Counted from the first letter of the stretch, positions 25,366-36,698 are shown. The stretch: 64,000 nt of DNA from a virus (IMGVR_UViG_3300028559_000015:1-64000), one strand, 5' to 3'. The notes: a model not told the origin generated them from the letters alone. Program-made: numbers and translations.

Positions 25366-28076
25366 TGGCATACGTTGACGCAATCTTAGAACAGAGCGCG
25401 GATAAGGTTTACGTAGTAGAGCGTACTCCCGAAGGTAAGCGGGCCTATAAGGAATATAGTACCAACTATGTTTTTTATTACTCTGACCCGAAAGGAAAGC
25501 AGCGTTCTATCTACGGAGACCCTGTATCTCGTTTCTCTACACGAAAACGTGCAGAGTTCGAGAAGGAGCGCAGAATTCACTCTAACAAGAAGTTGTTCGA
25601 GAGTGACGTTAACGTGGTCTTTAGGTGCCTGTCTGAAAACTATCTAAACGCAGAGCCTCCTAAACTTCATACTTGCTTCTTCGACATTGAAGTGGACTTT
25701 GACCCGGAACGCGGTTTCAGTCCCACAGATGACCCATTCAATGCAGTGACGGCGATCACGCTCTATCTTGACTGGCTGGATCATCTGATCACTCTTGCGA
25801 TTCCTCCGAGGCACATGACCGATGAGACTGCACAAGAGTTAGTCAAAGACTTCCCGAACACGTTCCTGTTCCGCAGCGAAATCGAAATGTTCGATACGTT
25901 CTTTGATCTTATCGAAGATGCAGACGTACTCACTGGCTGGAACTCAGAAGGGTACGACGTTCCCTATATGGTGAATCGGGTTACTCGGATGATGAGTAAG
26001 AACGACACTCGCAGGTTCTGTCTGATGGGTCAGCTTCCGAAGCCTCGTACTTATGAGCGTTTCGGTAAGGCCGAACAGACATATGACTTTGTTGGTCGTA
26101 TTCATCTTGACTACCTACAACTCTACAAGAAGTATAACTACGAATCTCGTCACAGCTATTCACTTGATGCGATCGGTGAGTATGAACTAGGTGAACGCAA
26201 GACTCAATACGAAGGATCATTGGATCAGCTATACAACAAGGACTTTAGAAAGTTCATCGAGTATAACCGTCAGGACACGATGCTTGTGTTCAAGATTCAC
26301 AATAAGCTAAAGTTTCTTGATCTTGCAAACGCCCTAGCGCATGAGAACACTGTGCTACTCCCAACGGTCATGGGGTCAGTGGCGATGATCGAAATGGCAG
26401 TAATGAACGAATCACATGCTCGTGGCTTCGTCGTTCCGGACAAGAAGCGTAAAGACTCTCACGATGAAGTCTCTCAGGCAGCGGGTGCTTACGTGGCTAC
26501 TCCGCACAAAGGCATTCACGAATGGGTAGGAGCAGTTGACATCAACTCGCTGTATCCTTCTGCTATTCGTGCATTGAACATGGCCCCTGAAACTATCGTG
26601 GGTCAGGTTAGGCAAACGCTTACTGATCAATATATGAATGATAAGAGCCTTTCGCTAGCTAAAGATAAGCGCAAAAAGAAGAACGGGGATGATGCAGAAG
26701 CTGTCACTGGTGCTATTCTTTGGGAAGGTCTGTTTGGTTCACTAGAGTATACTGCTGTGATGAACCAAGAGCGCGGGACGACGCTCACGATTGATTATGC
26801 AGACGGTCGCAGTGAAGAAAAGTCTGCTGCTGAAATCTGGAAGATGATCTTTGATAGTCATCGTCCTTGGATCCTTTCAGCTAACGGAACCATCTTCACT
26901 TACGAGAAAGAAGGAATCATTCCGGGTCTGCTGTCTCGCTGGTATACAGAACGTAAAGCTATTCAGAAGCAAGCTAAAGAAGCGTACGGTACTGATATGT
27001 ACGAGTACTACGATAAGCGTCAGCTTGTTCGTAAGATTCTGCTAAACTCTGCATACGGCGCGCTTTTGAACGAACACTGTCGATTCTACGACAAGCGCAT
27101 CGGTCAATCTGTCACGTTGTCTGGTCGCCAGATTGTCAAGCACATGATGAGTCAAATCAATGAAATCGTTGAAGGCACTTATCAGCATGACGGTAAAGCT
27201 ATCGTCTATGGCGACACTGACTCCTGCTACTTCACTGCATATCCTGCACTCAAGCCTCAGATTGAAAGGGGAGAGCTAGAGTGGAGCAAGGAACTGTGTG
27301 TCGAACTATACGACAACATCGCAGACCAAGCTAATGATAGCTTCCCGGCTTTCATGGAGAAGGCGTTTCATGCCCCGCGCAAGAACGGTGAAATCATCAA
27401 GGCTGGTCGAGAATTGATCGGTGATCGTGCGATCTTCATCACGAAGAAGCGTTATGCTATCAACATCTTCGATAAGGAAGGCAAGCGACAGGACACTAAC
27501 GGTAAGCTAGGCTCTGTCAAGGCAATGGGTCTTGATCTGAAACGTGCTGATACGCCGAAGTATGTTCAAGAATTCTTGATGCAAGTGCTTTGTATGGTCA
27601 TTCAGGAAGGTAAGAACCGCGATGATGTCGTTGACAAGATTCGTGAGTTCAAGACTTGGCTCTCTACACAAGATAGTTGGACTAAGGGAAATCCGAAGTC
27701 TGTCAACAATCTGACTAATCACACTATCAAGTTTGAGAAGACTGGTAAGTGTGCAGTTGGTCATGCTAAAGCTGCTATCAACTACAACTATCTTCGTAGG
27801 ATGAATAGTGATCAGTATAGTCAGAAGATTGTCGACGGCATGAAGGTTATCGTCTGTTCTCTCAAAGATAACATGTTCGGCTTTACTTCTGTCGCATATC
27901 CTACAGACGAACTTAGACTTCCGCAATGGTTCCTTGAACTGCCTTTCGATGATCTAGACATGGAACGAAAGCTAGTTGATGAGAAGATCGACAATCTATT
28001 GGGTGTTCTAAACTGGAATATCCGAGTAGATACTAACACTAACAGTACTGCCAGTGATCTTTTCAGTTTCGGTTAA
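25365..28076 (+). CDS. Family B DNA polymerase (T4 gp43-like)
   Basis: ExoI FDIEV; DINSLYPS; KILLNSAYG; YGDTDS; KKRYA. Confidence 0.97.
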   Translation: MAYVDAILEQSADKVYVVERTPEGKRAYKEYSTNYVFYYSDPKGKQRSIYGDPVSRFSTRKRAEFEKERRIHSNKKLFESDVNVVFRCLSENYLNAEPPKLHTCFFDIEVDFDPERGFSPTDDPFNAVTAITLYLDWLDHLITLAIPPRHMTDETAQELVKDFPNTFLFRSEIEMFDTFFDLIEDADVLTGWNSEGYDVPYMVNRVTRMMSKNDTRRFCLMGQLPKPRTYERFGKAEQTYDFVGRIHLDYLQLYKKYNYESRHSYSLDAIGEYELGERKTQYEGSLDQLYNKDFRKFIEYNRQDTMLVFKIHNKLKFLDLANALAHENTVLLPTVMGSVAMIEMAVMNESHARGFVVPDKKRKDSHDEVSQAAGAYVATPHKGIHEWVGAVDINSLYPSAIRALNMAPETIVGQVRQTLTDQYMNDKSLSLAKDKRKKKNGDDAEAVTGAILWEGLFGSLEYTAVMNQERGTTLTIDYADGRSEEKSAAEIWKMIFDSHRPWILSANGTIFTYEKEGIIPGLLSRWYTERKAIQKQAKEAYGTDMYEYYDKRQLVRKILLNSAYGALLNEHCRFYDKRIGQSVTLSGRQIVKHMMSQINEIVEGTYQHDGKAIVYGDTDSCYFTAYPALKPQIERGELEWSKELCVELYDNIADQANDSFPAFMEKAFHAPRKNGEIIKAGRELIGDRAIFITKKRYAINIFDKEGKRQDTNGKLGSVKAMGLDLKRADTPKYVQEFLMQVLCMVIQEGKNRDDVVDKIREFKTWLSTQDSWTKGNPKSVNNLTNHTIKFEKTGKCAVGHAKAAINYNYLRRMNSDQYSQKIVDGMKVIVCSLKDNMFGFTSVAYPTDELRLPQWFLELPFDDLDMERKLVDEKIDNLLGVLNWNIRVDTNTNSTASDLFSFG

Positions 28077-28157
28077 CTAGAGCATTGACAAGCGCAAAGA
28101 AATCCACTATTATACACAGTATAAAATCCTAAATATCATTAACAAAGGAAACACATA

Positions 28158-28892
28158 ATGAAAGACTACTTGCTCGACCTAGTTGAACACACTCATGCCC
28201 TCGGCATCATTGATCTTGTCAAGATCGTGGGAACCGACACAGAAACAAAATTTAGTGCATATTCGGAACAACGGGAGGCTGTGGTCACTGGTTCATTCAA
28301 GACACCGATTCCAGAGTTTGCAGGCACTTTTGGCATGCCTAACCTATCTAAGTTAAAGACTATTATTGGTTTTGCTGAATACGATGACGATGCTAAGATC
28401 AATCTCATCCGAGAGGACTCTGCGGGTGAAAAAGATGCTCCTGCTCGTATCCACTTTGAAACTGCAACGGGTGATTTCGTTAACGACTACCGCCTGATGT
28501 TCAGGTATATCGTTGAAGCTAAGGTGCAGGACGTTAAGTTCCGCGGTGCTACATGGGACGTTGAGTTTGAACCTACTGTTGTCGGAATCAACCGCTTGAA
28601 GAAGCAGGCTTCTGCTAATAGCGAAGAACTCACGTTCAACACCAAGACTGATAACGGAGACCTTAAGATTTACTTCGGTGACATTTCTACTCACTCCGGT
28701 AACTTTGTCTTCCAGCCGGGCGTTACTGGTACTCTGTCTCGTGCGTGGAACTGGCCTGTCAAGGTATTCCTCGCAATCATGGATCTTCCCGGTGACAAAA
28801 AGATTCGCATAGCAGACGCAGGTGCTATTGAAATCCTTGTAGATAGCGGTCTTGCAACTTATTGCTATCGTTTGCCCGCACAAGCGAAGTAA
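28158..28892 (+). CDS. Probable sliding clamp (gp45-like)
   Basis: 244 aa, beta-rich two-domain pattern, adjacent to the polymerase. Confidence 0.6.
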   Translation: MKDYLLDLVEHTHALGIIDLVKIVGTDTETKFSAYSEQREAVVTGSFKTPIPEFAGTFGMPNLSKLKTIIGFAEYDDDAKINLIREDSAGEKDAPARIHFETATGDFVNDYRLMFRYIVEAKVQDVKFRGATWDVEFEPTVVGINRLKKQASANSEELTFNTKTDNGDLKIYFGDISTHSGNFVFQPGVTGTLSRAWNWPVKVFLAIMDLPGDKKIRIADAGAIEILVDSGLATYCYRLPAQAK

Positions 28893-29273
28893 ATGATCAA
28901 TACAGTAAATGGATTGGGGAAGTATGTTGTGGTCGACGGCGGAATGCCCGGAACCACATATATAAATACTAGTTCAGGTTATATGAACGTCGGCGATATG
29001 CGGTTCAATCCTTCGCAGCAAAGGATTGAAGTGTATGACGGGAAACACTGGGTTACGTTAAACAGCGGTCATGCTTCGGTTAGGTTAACTTCTTATGCTG
29101 AAACGGTTATTGATTGGGCTGCCAAGAAGATGCAGGAAGATGCCGAACTTGAAGCGTTATCAAAGTCTAATGCTGCTATCGCCGACTTGGTCAAACAGAA
29201 AAAGAATCTTGACGATAAGATCAAGATGGTACAAATCTTAATTAAAGAAGAGCCGAAACTTGGAACAAATTAA
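28893..29273 (+). CDS. Hypothetical protein
   Basis: GDMRFN...IEVYDG..W motif plus coiled coil. Confidence 0.6.
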   Translation: MINTVNGLGKYVVVDGGMPGTTYINTSSGYMNVGDMRFNPSQQRIEVYDGKHWVTLNSGHASVRLTSYAETVIDWAAKKMQEDAELEALSKSNAAIADLVKQKKNLDDKIKMVQILIKEEPKLGTN

Positions 29274-30807
29274 TCTCTCAGCATCACATAACCCAGATTG
29301 GGCGTTGTTTTTGCCAGCAGTCTCGTCTTTCTTCATCGCAGGTCTTGGCAAGCAGCGTGAAGGTGAAAACTATTTTGACGCGGCGAGAATTCCTGCGGCA
29401 TTCAACGGTGATGTTGAGAAGTTAAACTTTCTAAACGAGAAGGAAGGCTTGTACACGTACAAGTGGGGACTGTACTCTGCTGGTCACGCTAATCTAGACA
29501 TCACGAAGGACGACAACAACGAATCGATCATTCGTAAGCGTGATCGCCAGAATACATTCATGTTAGGTGACTCTGGTGGATTCCAGATTCTAAAATGTCA
29601 ATGGCCTGCTGATTGGAAAGACCCCAACTGCCCTCGTGCAATGAAGAAGCGTACAGAAGTTCTTAAGTGGATGGATGAGTACATGGACTACGGCATGTGT
29701 CTTGATATTCCATCGCAGTCTTTGACAACGTATCACATCGTTGACAAGAAGACCGGCAAGTCCGCACACGGTATCAGCACTATTGAAGAAGCAATCACAG
29801 CCACACATATCAACAATGAGTATTTTGTTGCTAATCGTGATGGTCGTTGCAAGTTTCTAAACGTTCTACAAGGACGCAATCATACGCAGTCTGATGACTG
29901 GTATGAAGAAATGAAGAAGTATTGCGATACTAACATCTACGGTGACAAGGCATTCAACGGCTGGGCATTCGGTGGTCAAAACAAGATCGATGTTCACTTG
30001 ATGCTTAAACGAATCATCAACATCATTCATGACGGCTATCTTGAAGAAGGTAAGCACGACTTGATTCACTGTCTCGGCACTTCAATCATGGAGTATGCTG
30101 TAATCTTTACTGATATTCAAAAGGCAGTTCGCAAGTATCATAATCCAAACCTACAGATTACATTTGACTGTGCGTCTCCGTTCTTTGCTGCGGCAAAGGG
30201 TCTTGTTTACAATAACAACACGTTCGAACACGATAGTAAGTGGACGTATGCTATGGAGAAGACGGCCGAGGACAAGAATTATGCTACTGACACCCGTAAG
30301 TTCAGTGACGGTGTATTAGCTGATGGTATTCATATGTTGTTTACTGACAGTCCGGTAACGGAAATGATGGTGATGAAGGACCTTTGTTTCCGTGGTCCAG
30401 GCTTTATTGGTCAACACGGCAAGGAGACGAAGACTAGCTGGGATACTCTTAGCTACACTCTCATTCAGGCACATAATGTGTATCAGCACATGACTGCTGT
30501 ACAGGAAGCGAATCGTCGTTATGAGCAGGGCATCATGCCTAAGATGGTCTTTGATCGATTCGATGGTAGAACATTTGGGCAAATCGTTGATGAGATTTTC
30601 TCACTTAAGGATAGACAACAGAGCTTAGATTTGCTAGAATCACATAGTAGATTTTGGACTCAGATGAAGGCAGGGCAAGGGTTCTCTGGTAAGAAGACAG
30701 TCAATGCCCACACAATGTTTAACCAGTTATTTGAAGTCGCAGACAGCGACCCCAAAGATGAAGAAATTGAAGACAGTGACGACGCAATGGAAGGTGTGCT
30801 AGAATGA
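29260..30807 (+). CDS. dpdA: DpdA-like DNA-guanine transglycosylase (TGT fold)
   Basis: GDSGGFQ, LDIP, GWAFGG, HCLG, FDCASPF; clustered with folE/queD/queE. Confidence 0.85.
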   Translation: MEQINLSASHNPDWALFLPAVSSFFIAGLGKQREGENYFDAARIPAAFNGDVEKLNFLNEKEGLYTYKWGLYSAGHANLDITKDDNNESIIRKRDRQNTFMLGDSGGFQILKCQWPADWKDPNCPRAMKKRTEVLKWMDEYMDYGMCLDIPSQSLTTYHIVDKKTGKSAHGISTIEEAITATHINNEYFVANRDGRCKFLNVLQGRNHTQSDDWYEEMKKYCDTNIYGDKAFNGWAFGGQNKIDVHLMLKRIINIIHDGYLEEGKHDLIHCLGTSIMEYAVIFTDIQKAVRKYHNPNLQITFDCASPFFAAAKGLVYNNNTFEHDSKWTYAMEKTAEDKNYATDTRKFSDGVLADGIHMLFTDSPVTEMMVMKDLCFRGPGFIGQHGKETKTSWDTLSYTLIQAHNVYQHMTAVQEANRRYEQGIMPKMVFDRFDGRTFGQIVDEIFSLKDRQQSLDLLESHSRFWTQMKAGQGFSGKKTVNAHTMFNQLFEVADSDPKDEEIEDSDDAMEGVLE

Positions 30808-31010
30808 CAGACTATGACACAGAAATTTATCTTTTACAAAAAGAATTCGATTCTCTGACTGCTCAAGCAAATGCGGCGGAGAAGGCCGAAGAAAACTCAC
30901 TTGAGATTCACGTACAACGCGGTGCAGTTTATGAAGAACTCACGCGGCTCAATCGATTGAAGTTTGAAGAACTTCACGAAACAACAGGACATGATGACTA
31001 TGACTATTGA
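30804..31010 (+). CDS. Hypothetical protein
   Basis: Coupled ORF. Confidence 0.55.
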   Translation: MTDYDTEIYLLQKEFDSLTAQANAAEKAEENSLEIHVQRGAVYEELTRLNRLKFEELHETTGHDDYDY

Positions 31011-31470
31011 TAACGTGTCGGCAGCTAGAATTGCTGCTCAAGCAGAACATCACCGTAGAATTAAGGATCAGGCTAGACGAATGATCTGGGTAACCTTTAA
31101 GCGTGAAGGCATTCACAAGTATCCGGGAGCCGACACTGATCCAGCACTGGCAACAGGTGATGAGTTCGATGTCAGTTTTCTAGGTTTCCCTCACCGACAC
31201 ATCTTTCACTTTACGGTGGGGATTCAAGTATTTCACAACGACCGAGACATCGAGTTTATTCAGTTTAAACGCTGGCTCGAAAAGATTTTCAACGACGGAT
31301 TGATGCAGCTAGACTATCGGTCGTGTGAAATGGTTAGCGACGAGTTATATGATATGATTGCAACTCGCTATCCTAAGCGTGACATTGAGATTACCGTTTC
31401 AGAAGACGGTGAGAATGGTGCCACAATCTACTACAACATTTTTAAACCTGTACATTCAATCGCCATCTAA
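30991..31470 (+). CDS. QueD-like T-fold protein, DpdL-like (putative CDG decarboxylase)
   Basis: LGFPHRHIF (LxxxHRHxF); DRDIEFI; SCEM; VSEDGENGA. Confidence 0.7.
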   Translation: MMTMTIDNVSAARIAAQAEHHRRIKDQARRMIWVTFKREGIHKYPGADTDPALATGDEFDVSFLGFPHRHIFHFTVGIQVFHNDRDIEFIQFKRWLEKIFNDGLMQLDYRSCEMVSDELYDMIATRYPKRDIEITVSEDGENGATIYYNIFKPVHSIAI

Positions 31471-31481
31471 GGAGTTATTCA

Positions 31482-31766
31482 ATGGCAAATCTTAATAACA
31501 AGTCTAACGTCAATCAAATCTTCAACGATCTGGATCTGTATCGTGATTTCTGTAGAGAATACGGTTACAGATTCGACGAGCGAGACTTGTACAGCGGTCA
31601 GAGCTATGTCTGGCGTCAACACCAAAAGGCTCTTGCAGGTAAGACTGTAAAGGATCAGTGGGAAGTTGATCGTATCCGCTTCAAGGAACAAGCGGAGCAG
31701 AATGCCCAGCGTAAGAGTTCTGTGCCGGTCCGAGCTAAGAACCAGAGCTTCCGCAAACGGGCATAG
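31482..31766 (+). CDS. Conserved hypothetical protein
   Basis: FNDLDLYRDFCREYGYRFDERDLY; AGGAG RBS. Confidence 0.65.
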   Translation: MANLNNKSNVNQIFNDLDLYRDFCREYGYRFDERDLYSGQSYVWRQHQKALAGKTVKDQWEVDRIRFKEQAEQNAQRKSSVPVRAKNQSFRKRA

Positions 31767-31776
31767 GGAAAACAAT

Positions 31777-32967
31777 ATGCGTAGATTATACTACATGGGT
31801 TTGGAAGCATACAATGCCCGTTATACCTTACAACTAACTGAATGGAACAGGTGTGTCTTTGACCAGCGCGGTCTTGATGTTACTTACGTTCCCGGTGAAA
31901 CTCTTGATGACAGTCAAAAGATTGTTGTTGGGCAGGTACTTGACGCACACGGTCGCTCTTACTTTGCGATGAGTCAGATGATGAACCTGGTTAAGATGAT
32001 GCAACAAGGTAAGGTGACCAACGAAGATGTAATCTACTTTGAAGACATGTTCCAGCCGGGCTTTGAGAGTCTCGGGTACATCATCAATCAAGTTCCTGAT
32101 AATCTTCGTCCTCGTATCTTTGTTCGTTGTCTTGCTCAAGCAATCGATCCAGATGACTTTGTTCATGTTTGGGGCATGGGTCTTTGGATGAGTCAATATG
32201 AACAGATGGTTAACAGCATCGTTTCTATCTCGGGCGGTGCAGTTCTTGCAACTAACGAAGAAATGGTAATGCACATGAAGGTGGCGGGTTGGACTGCTCC
32301 TATCTATAATATCTCCGGGCTTGCTTTTGGTAAGAATGAAGTAATTCAACGGCTTGGAGACAAGCTTAGGAACTTTACTGATCGACGCCTTCGCGTAGTG
32401 TTCTCTGCACGTTGGGACCAAGAGAAGCAGCCTGATTTCTACATGGACCTTGTTGAAGCGTGGAGGGAACGTTTTCCTAGCAAGGACGTAGAGTTTGTTG
32501 TTTGCAGCGGGAGTTCGTTGAAGTCAAATAATGAAAGTTACATGGCTCGTACTCGCAAGATGCAAGATAGCGGCAAGCTGACTGTCTACGAAAATCTAGA
32601 CAAGCAGAAGTACTACGAAATCCTCAATGATAGTCGTGTTGTTTTCAACTGTGCGCTTCAAGACTGGGTTTCTAATACTGCAAGCGAAGCTGATGCTTTG
32701 GGATGCAATGTGCTTTACCCTGCGTATCGTAGCTTTCCCGAGACGTTTGCAAACGACCCAGAACGACTTTACATTCCGTGGTCGATTGATGACGCAGTGA
32801 ACAAGCTGGATCCATTGCTTCGTAAGGCTCATCCCAACATGGGCAAGCTCAGTGATTGGACTGACAAGACTGTTGATCGTGTGATTGACATCATTGAAGG
32901 TAAGGGGGAGCAGTGGTTGCGTATGTCAAAAGACTACCGCAAATATTCTAAGGAAGCAAAGTATTAA
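31777..32967 (+). CDS. GT-B fold glycosyltransferase
   Basis: [14 protein letters not shown]...[17 protein letters not shown]...YRSFPE. Confidence 0.8.
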   Translation: MRRLYYMGLEAYNARYTLQLTEWNRCVFDQRGLDVTYVPGETLDDSQKIVVGQVLDAHGRSYFAMSQMMNLVKMMQQGKVTNEDVIYFEDMFQPGFESLGYIINQVPDNLRPRIFVRCLAQAIDPDDFVHVWGMGLWMSQYEQMVNSIVSISGGAVLATNEEMVMHMKVAGWTAPIYNISGLAFGKNEVIQRLGDKLRNFTDRRLRVVFSARWDQEKQPDFYMDLVEAWRERFPSKDVEFVVCSGSSLKSNNESYMARTRKMQDSGKLTVYENLDKQKYYEILNDSRVVFNCALQDWVSNTASEADALGCNVLYPAYRSFPETFANDPERLYIPWSIDDAVNKLDPLLRKAHPNMGKLSDWTDKTVDRVIDIIEGKGEQWLRMSKDYRKYSKEAKY

Positions 32968-34031
32968 TGCGTATTGAAAACGAGATACTGCTTGACTTTA
33001 GTGATGTGTTGATTCGCCCAAAGCGGTCAACACTTGCTAGTCGTAACGGAGTGGTGTTAGAAAGTACATATACATTCAAGTACAGCGGTACTCAATGGCG
33101 CGGCGTCCCTATCATGGCTTCTAACATGGATGGCGTAGGCACCGTTGAAATGGCAACTGCATTGCAACCACTTAACTTGTTTACTTGTTTAGTAAAAACT
33201 AACACAACGATTCCTTCTGAGCTATATGCTCATCGTTATGCAGTAAGCACTGGTACTAGCGAAAAAGATTTTGAGCGTTTGCAGTCTGTCCTGACTGAAA
33301 ACCCACAAACTAAATTCATCTGTATTGATGTTGCTAACGGCTATAGCGAACACTTTGGTGACTTTGTTGCTAAGGTTAGAAAAGAATACCCCAGTCACAC
33401 AATTATCGCGGGTAATGTTGTTACAGCAGACATGACACAGGAGTTAATTTTACGCGGAGCCGACATCGTTAAAGTGGGCATCGGCCCTGGGAGCGTTTGC
33501 ACAACTCGTATTCAGACTGGCATTGGTTACCCTCAGCTTAGCGCCATCATCGAGTGCGCTGATGCTGCTCATGGTCTTGGTGGACATATCATCTCCGACG
33601 GAGGATGTGTATGCCCAGGAGATGTTGCTAAGGCATTCGGAGCCGGCGCTGATTTCGTGATGCTAGGGGGTATGCTTGCTGGCCATGACGAAGGCGGCGG
33701 TGAAATGTTCACTCGCTGGAAACAGACTGGATATTGTGACGAAACCGGTGATCCTATTTTACGAGGCGACCGCAAAGTACAGTTCTACGGAATGAGCAGT
33801 GACACTGCTATGGACAAGCATCACGGTGGTGTAGCAGCGTATCGTAGTAGTGAAGGCCGTACAGTAGAGATTCCTTATAAAGGGCCAGTTGCAGATACTA
33901 TCAAGGATATTGTTGGTGGCTTAAGAAGTGCCTGCACTTATGTTGGTGCAAGTCATCTTACTCATCTTAGCAAATGCACGACCTTTGTTCGGGTAAATAA
34001 TCAATTTAACAATGTATTTGAAGAAAGATAA
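32967..34031 (+). CDS. guaC: GMP reductase
   Basis: [11 protein letters not shown]; [13 protein letters not shown]; FYGMSS; YRSSEG. Confidence 0.95.
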   Translation: MRIENEILLDFSDVLIRPKRSTLASRNGVVLESTYTFKYSGTQWRGVPIMASNMDGVGTVEMATALQPLNLFTCLVKTNTTIPSELYAHRYAVSTGTSEKDFERLQSVLTENPQTKFICIDVANGYSEHFGDFVAKVRKEYPSHTIIAGNVVTADMTQELILRGADIVKVGIGPGSVCTTRIQTGIGYPQLSAIIECADAAHGLGGHIISDGGCVCPGDVAKAFGAGADFVMLGGMLAGHDEGGGEMFTRWKQTGYCDETGDPILRGDRKVQFYGMSSDTAMDKHHGGVAAYRSSEGRTVEIPYKGPVADTIKDIVGGLRSACTYVGASHLTHLSKCTTFVRVNNQFNNVFEER

Positions 34032-34035
34032 AAAT

Positions 34036-34467
34036 ATGCATCCTGCAATTAAAAACATTATTCCCCTGTATTATGAGTTTGAACCTAAAAGTTTCGAAGC
34101 GTTGAATGACCATGTTACATACATCATGCAAATTTGCGAAGATAATAGTCCAAAGGTCTATTTTTTAGGAGATTGGATTGATACTCTAAACCTCGACATT
34201 AAATGTAAATATAGATTACGGTACGATGAGCAGGCTCGACGAGCAACCATTTCTGTTGGCAGTGATAGTAGAACTTTAACCACTGAGCCGCGAGGCTTTG
34301 TCTTAAATATGACAGAGGTCGAAGCTGAAAAGTTTGAAAAACTGTTGTTGTTCCCGCTGCTTACCCAAGAGGGCGACACATTCACTATCACGAAGATTAA
34401 CAATTGTGAAATTTCAAGAAATCTTGAACAAGAGAAAATTGATATTTTTAATTCTTTTTTCAGTTGA
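34036..34467 (+). CDS. Hypothetical AT-rich protein
   Basis: ORF between guaC and folE. Confidence 0.5.
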   Translation: MHPAIKNIIPLYYEFEPKSFEALNDHVTYIMQICEDNSPKVYFLGDWIDTLNLDIKCKYRLRYDEQARRATISVGSDSRTLTTEPRGFVLNMTEVEAEKFEKLLLFPLLTQEGDTFTITKINNCEISRNLEQEKIDIFNSFFS

Positions 34468-34552
34468 CTAAATAACAATGTAGCACAAAGGCTACAACTT
34501 GAGAATTATTCTCCGTTGGGTATTAACGTTAGATACTTTGAAAGGAAAAACT

Positions 34553-35233
34553 ATGTCTTTTAATAAAAATAAATGTGACCCCGAATTAGGTCGTCGCGTT
34601 CACGAACATCTAGTGAATATGGGAGTTGAAACTCCCACTATCGAAAACAATCTCAGCAGAACCGACAAAATTGAGATCATTGAACGCAAGTTTAAGGATA
34701 TCATGGAAACCTTAGGGCTTGACCTGAGTGATGATAGTCTTATCGAAACTCCGAAGCGTGTTGCCAAAATGTATGTAGGTGAAATCTTTTGGGGCCTCGA
34801 CTATGAGGCATTTCCGAAGTGTACTACAGTTGACAACAAGATGAAGTATAACGAGATGGTCGTTGAACGCAACGTGAATGTGCAATCTAACTGTGAACAT
34901 CACTTTGTCATCATCGACGGTCTTGCTACTGTAGCTTATGTCCCGAATGAAAAGGTTCTTGGTCTATCAAAGATCAATCGCATCGTTGAATACTTCAGCA
35001 AGCGTCCTCAGATTCAGGAGCGTTTGACTGAACAGGTATTCCATGCACTTCGTTTTATTCTCGAAACAGAAGATGTTGCGGTCATGATTGACGCTCAACA
35101 CTATTGCGTTAAAAGCCGCGGCGTTGAGGATACCGGTTCCTCTACGGTGACAGTACGTTTGGGTGGTGGATTCAAGAACGACGCCGCAGCAAGAGCAGAG
35201 TTTCTTAGTATTGCTCGTATGGGCAAGTGCTAA
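34553..35233 (+). CDS. folE: GTP cyclohydrolase I
   Basis: ETPKRVAKM; CEHH; GLSKINRIV; PQIQERLT; HYCVKSRG. Confidence 0.96.
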   Translation: MSFNKNKCDPELGRRVHEHLVNMGVETPTIENNLSRTDKIEIIERKFKDIMETLGLDLSDDSLIETPKRVAKMYVGEIFWGLDYEAFPKCTTVDNKMKYNEMVVERNVNVQSNCEHHFVIIDGLATVAYVPNEKVLGLSKINRIVEYFSKRPQIQERLTEQVFHALRFILETEDVAVMIDAQHYCVKSRGVEDTGSSTVTVRLGGGFKNDAAARAEFLSIARMGKC

Positions 35234-35712
35234 TGATCTTCAACAAGATTAAGAAACTAAAAGAGAACGGTCGCACGATTGGCATTACCTTCTCGACCTT
35301 TGATATGCTACATGCGGGTCACATTGCAATGCTTTCAGAAGCTAAGAATCATTGTGACTACTTAATTTGCGGGTTGCAGACCGATCCTACTATTGACCGA
35401 CCAGATACAAAGAACAAGCCAGTTCAAAGTATTGTAGAGAGGCAGATTCAACTTAGTGCTTGTCGCTTTGTTGACGAGATTGTTATCTATGAAACGGAAA
35501 AAGATTTGATAGATTTACTCTTGACGTTGCCCCTAGATTGTCGTATACTAGGTGTAGAGTATGAACATAGAGACTTCACTGGTCGAGGAGAATGTCAAGA
35601 CCGAGGGATTGAACTCATATTCAATGGTAGAGACCACAGCTTTAGTAGCAGCAATTTACGAAAGCGTGTAGCAGAAGCAGAAAGAAACAAAGATGGAACA
35701 CGAGAAGTTTAA
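35233..35712 (+). CDS. Cytidylyltransferase (TagD-like)
   Basis: FDMLHAGH; GLQTD; ER..QL; FSSS. Confidence 0.88.
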   Translation: MIFNKIKKLKENGRTIGITFSTFDMLHAGHIAMLSEAKNHCDYLICGLQTDPTIDRPDTKNKPVQSIVERQIQLSACRFVDEIVIYETEKDLIDLLLTLPLDCRILGVEYEHRDFTGRGECQDRGIELIFNGRDHSFSSSNLRKRVAEAERNKDGTREV

Positions 35713-35888
35713 CCATAACAAGTTCAATAATATTAGATGGTCGTTCACTCTGCCAGTCAACACTTATCAGTTTCCCGCATATAAGAAGGAAACGGTTGAA
35801 GAAATGATTGAACGAATGGATGCAGATGACGCGGTGATTGGGGTGATGACTTCGTATCCCACTGCTGAGAAGATGCTTAACAAATTGT

Positions 35889-36107
35889 ATGGAAAAGCAT
35901 AAGTTAGACTTACATGGTGTACGGCATCAAGATGTTGATGCTCTGGTGGAGAACTTTGTTCTGACGAATCAGCAAAGTTTTCCACTCACCGTCGTTTGTG
36001 GCAATAGCGTAAAAATGACACAACTAGCTGAAACAGTACTAAATAGGATTGGGTGTAACACATTTGTACTACGTTACGGAACAATCATTGTACATGGGTT
36101 CAACTAA
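35889..36107 (+). CDS. Smr-like small domain protein
   Basis: LDLHG...VVCGNS. Confidence 0.55.
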   Translation: MEKHKLDLHGVRHQDVDALVENFVLTNQQSFPLTVVCGNSVKMTQLAETVLNRIGCNTFVLRYGTIIVHGFN

Positions 36108-36117
36108 AAATATCCGA

Positions 36118-36191
36118 ACCGGTCTCTTTGGGCATCATCCCGGTATACAAACTCTGCCGCCTGTGCTATTATTAACATAGGAGATTAAAAT
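36118..36191 (+). promoter_or_regulatory. Structured queD leader (H-type pseudoknot plus SD-sequestering hairpin)
   Basis: ACCGG/CCGGT stem; loop GGCA pairs with TGCC; CCTGTG/CATAGG hairpin overlaps AGGAG. Confidence 0.5.
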
Positions 36192-36698
36192 ATGGCAGGA
36201 CAATCAGTATCATACAAGTACACAAGTACTAAAGAGTATCACGACGCCTTTCCATGCGCTTATCGCCAATGGCGAGCCGATAGCCATTGCAATCTTATTC
36301 ACGGCTATTCGTTTTCTATGAAGTTCTACTTCGGGACTGATAGTCTCGATGTTCGTAATTGGGCTGCCGACTATGGTGGTCTTAAGGAATTGAAAGCAAT
36401 CCTCGAGGATCAGTTTGATCATACTCTCCTTGTGGCAGAAGATGATCCTGAACTTGAAACGTATATGATGCTACAGGAAAAGAAGTTGGCCAAACTAACT
36501 ATTCTTCCGAAGCTCGGATGTGAGGGTCTTGCTGACATGCTCTACAATTATGTCAACGGCGTGTATATCCCTGATATGTGGGGTCAAGCAGAATCGGAGC
36601 GTCTATGGTGCTATCGAGTAGAAGTTCGTGAGACACAGAGCAACATGGCTTTCAGAGAAGGCCGCCGAGAAGACAATGAGGACCTGCTAAATGGTTAA
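36192..36698 (+). CDS. queD: 6-carboxy-5,6,7,8-tetrahydropterin synthase
   Basis: HCNLIHGY; DYGGLK; FDHTLL; VEVRET. Confidence 0.92.
   Translation: MAGQSVSYKYTSTKEYHDAFPCAYRQWRADSHCNLIHGYSFSMKFYFGTDSLDVRNWAADYGGLKELKAILEDQFDHTLLVAEDDPELETYMMLQEKKLAKLTILPKLGCEGLADMLYNYVNGVYIPDMWGQAESERLWCYRVEVRETQSNMAFREGRREDNEDLLNG

Noticed and set aside
25365-28076. Intein or intron in the DNA polymerase
   Set aside because: Normal length, contiguous motifs, no splicing signatures.
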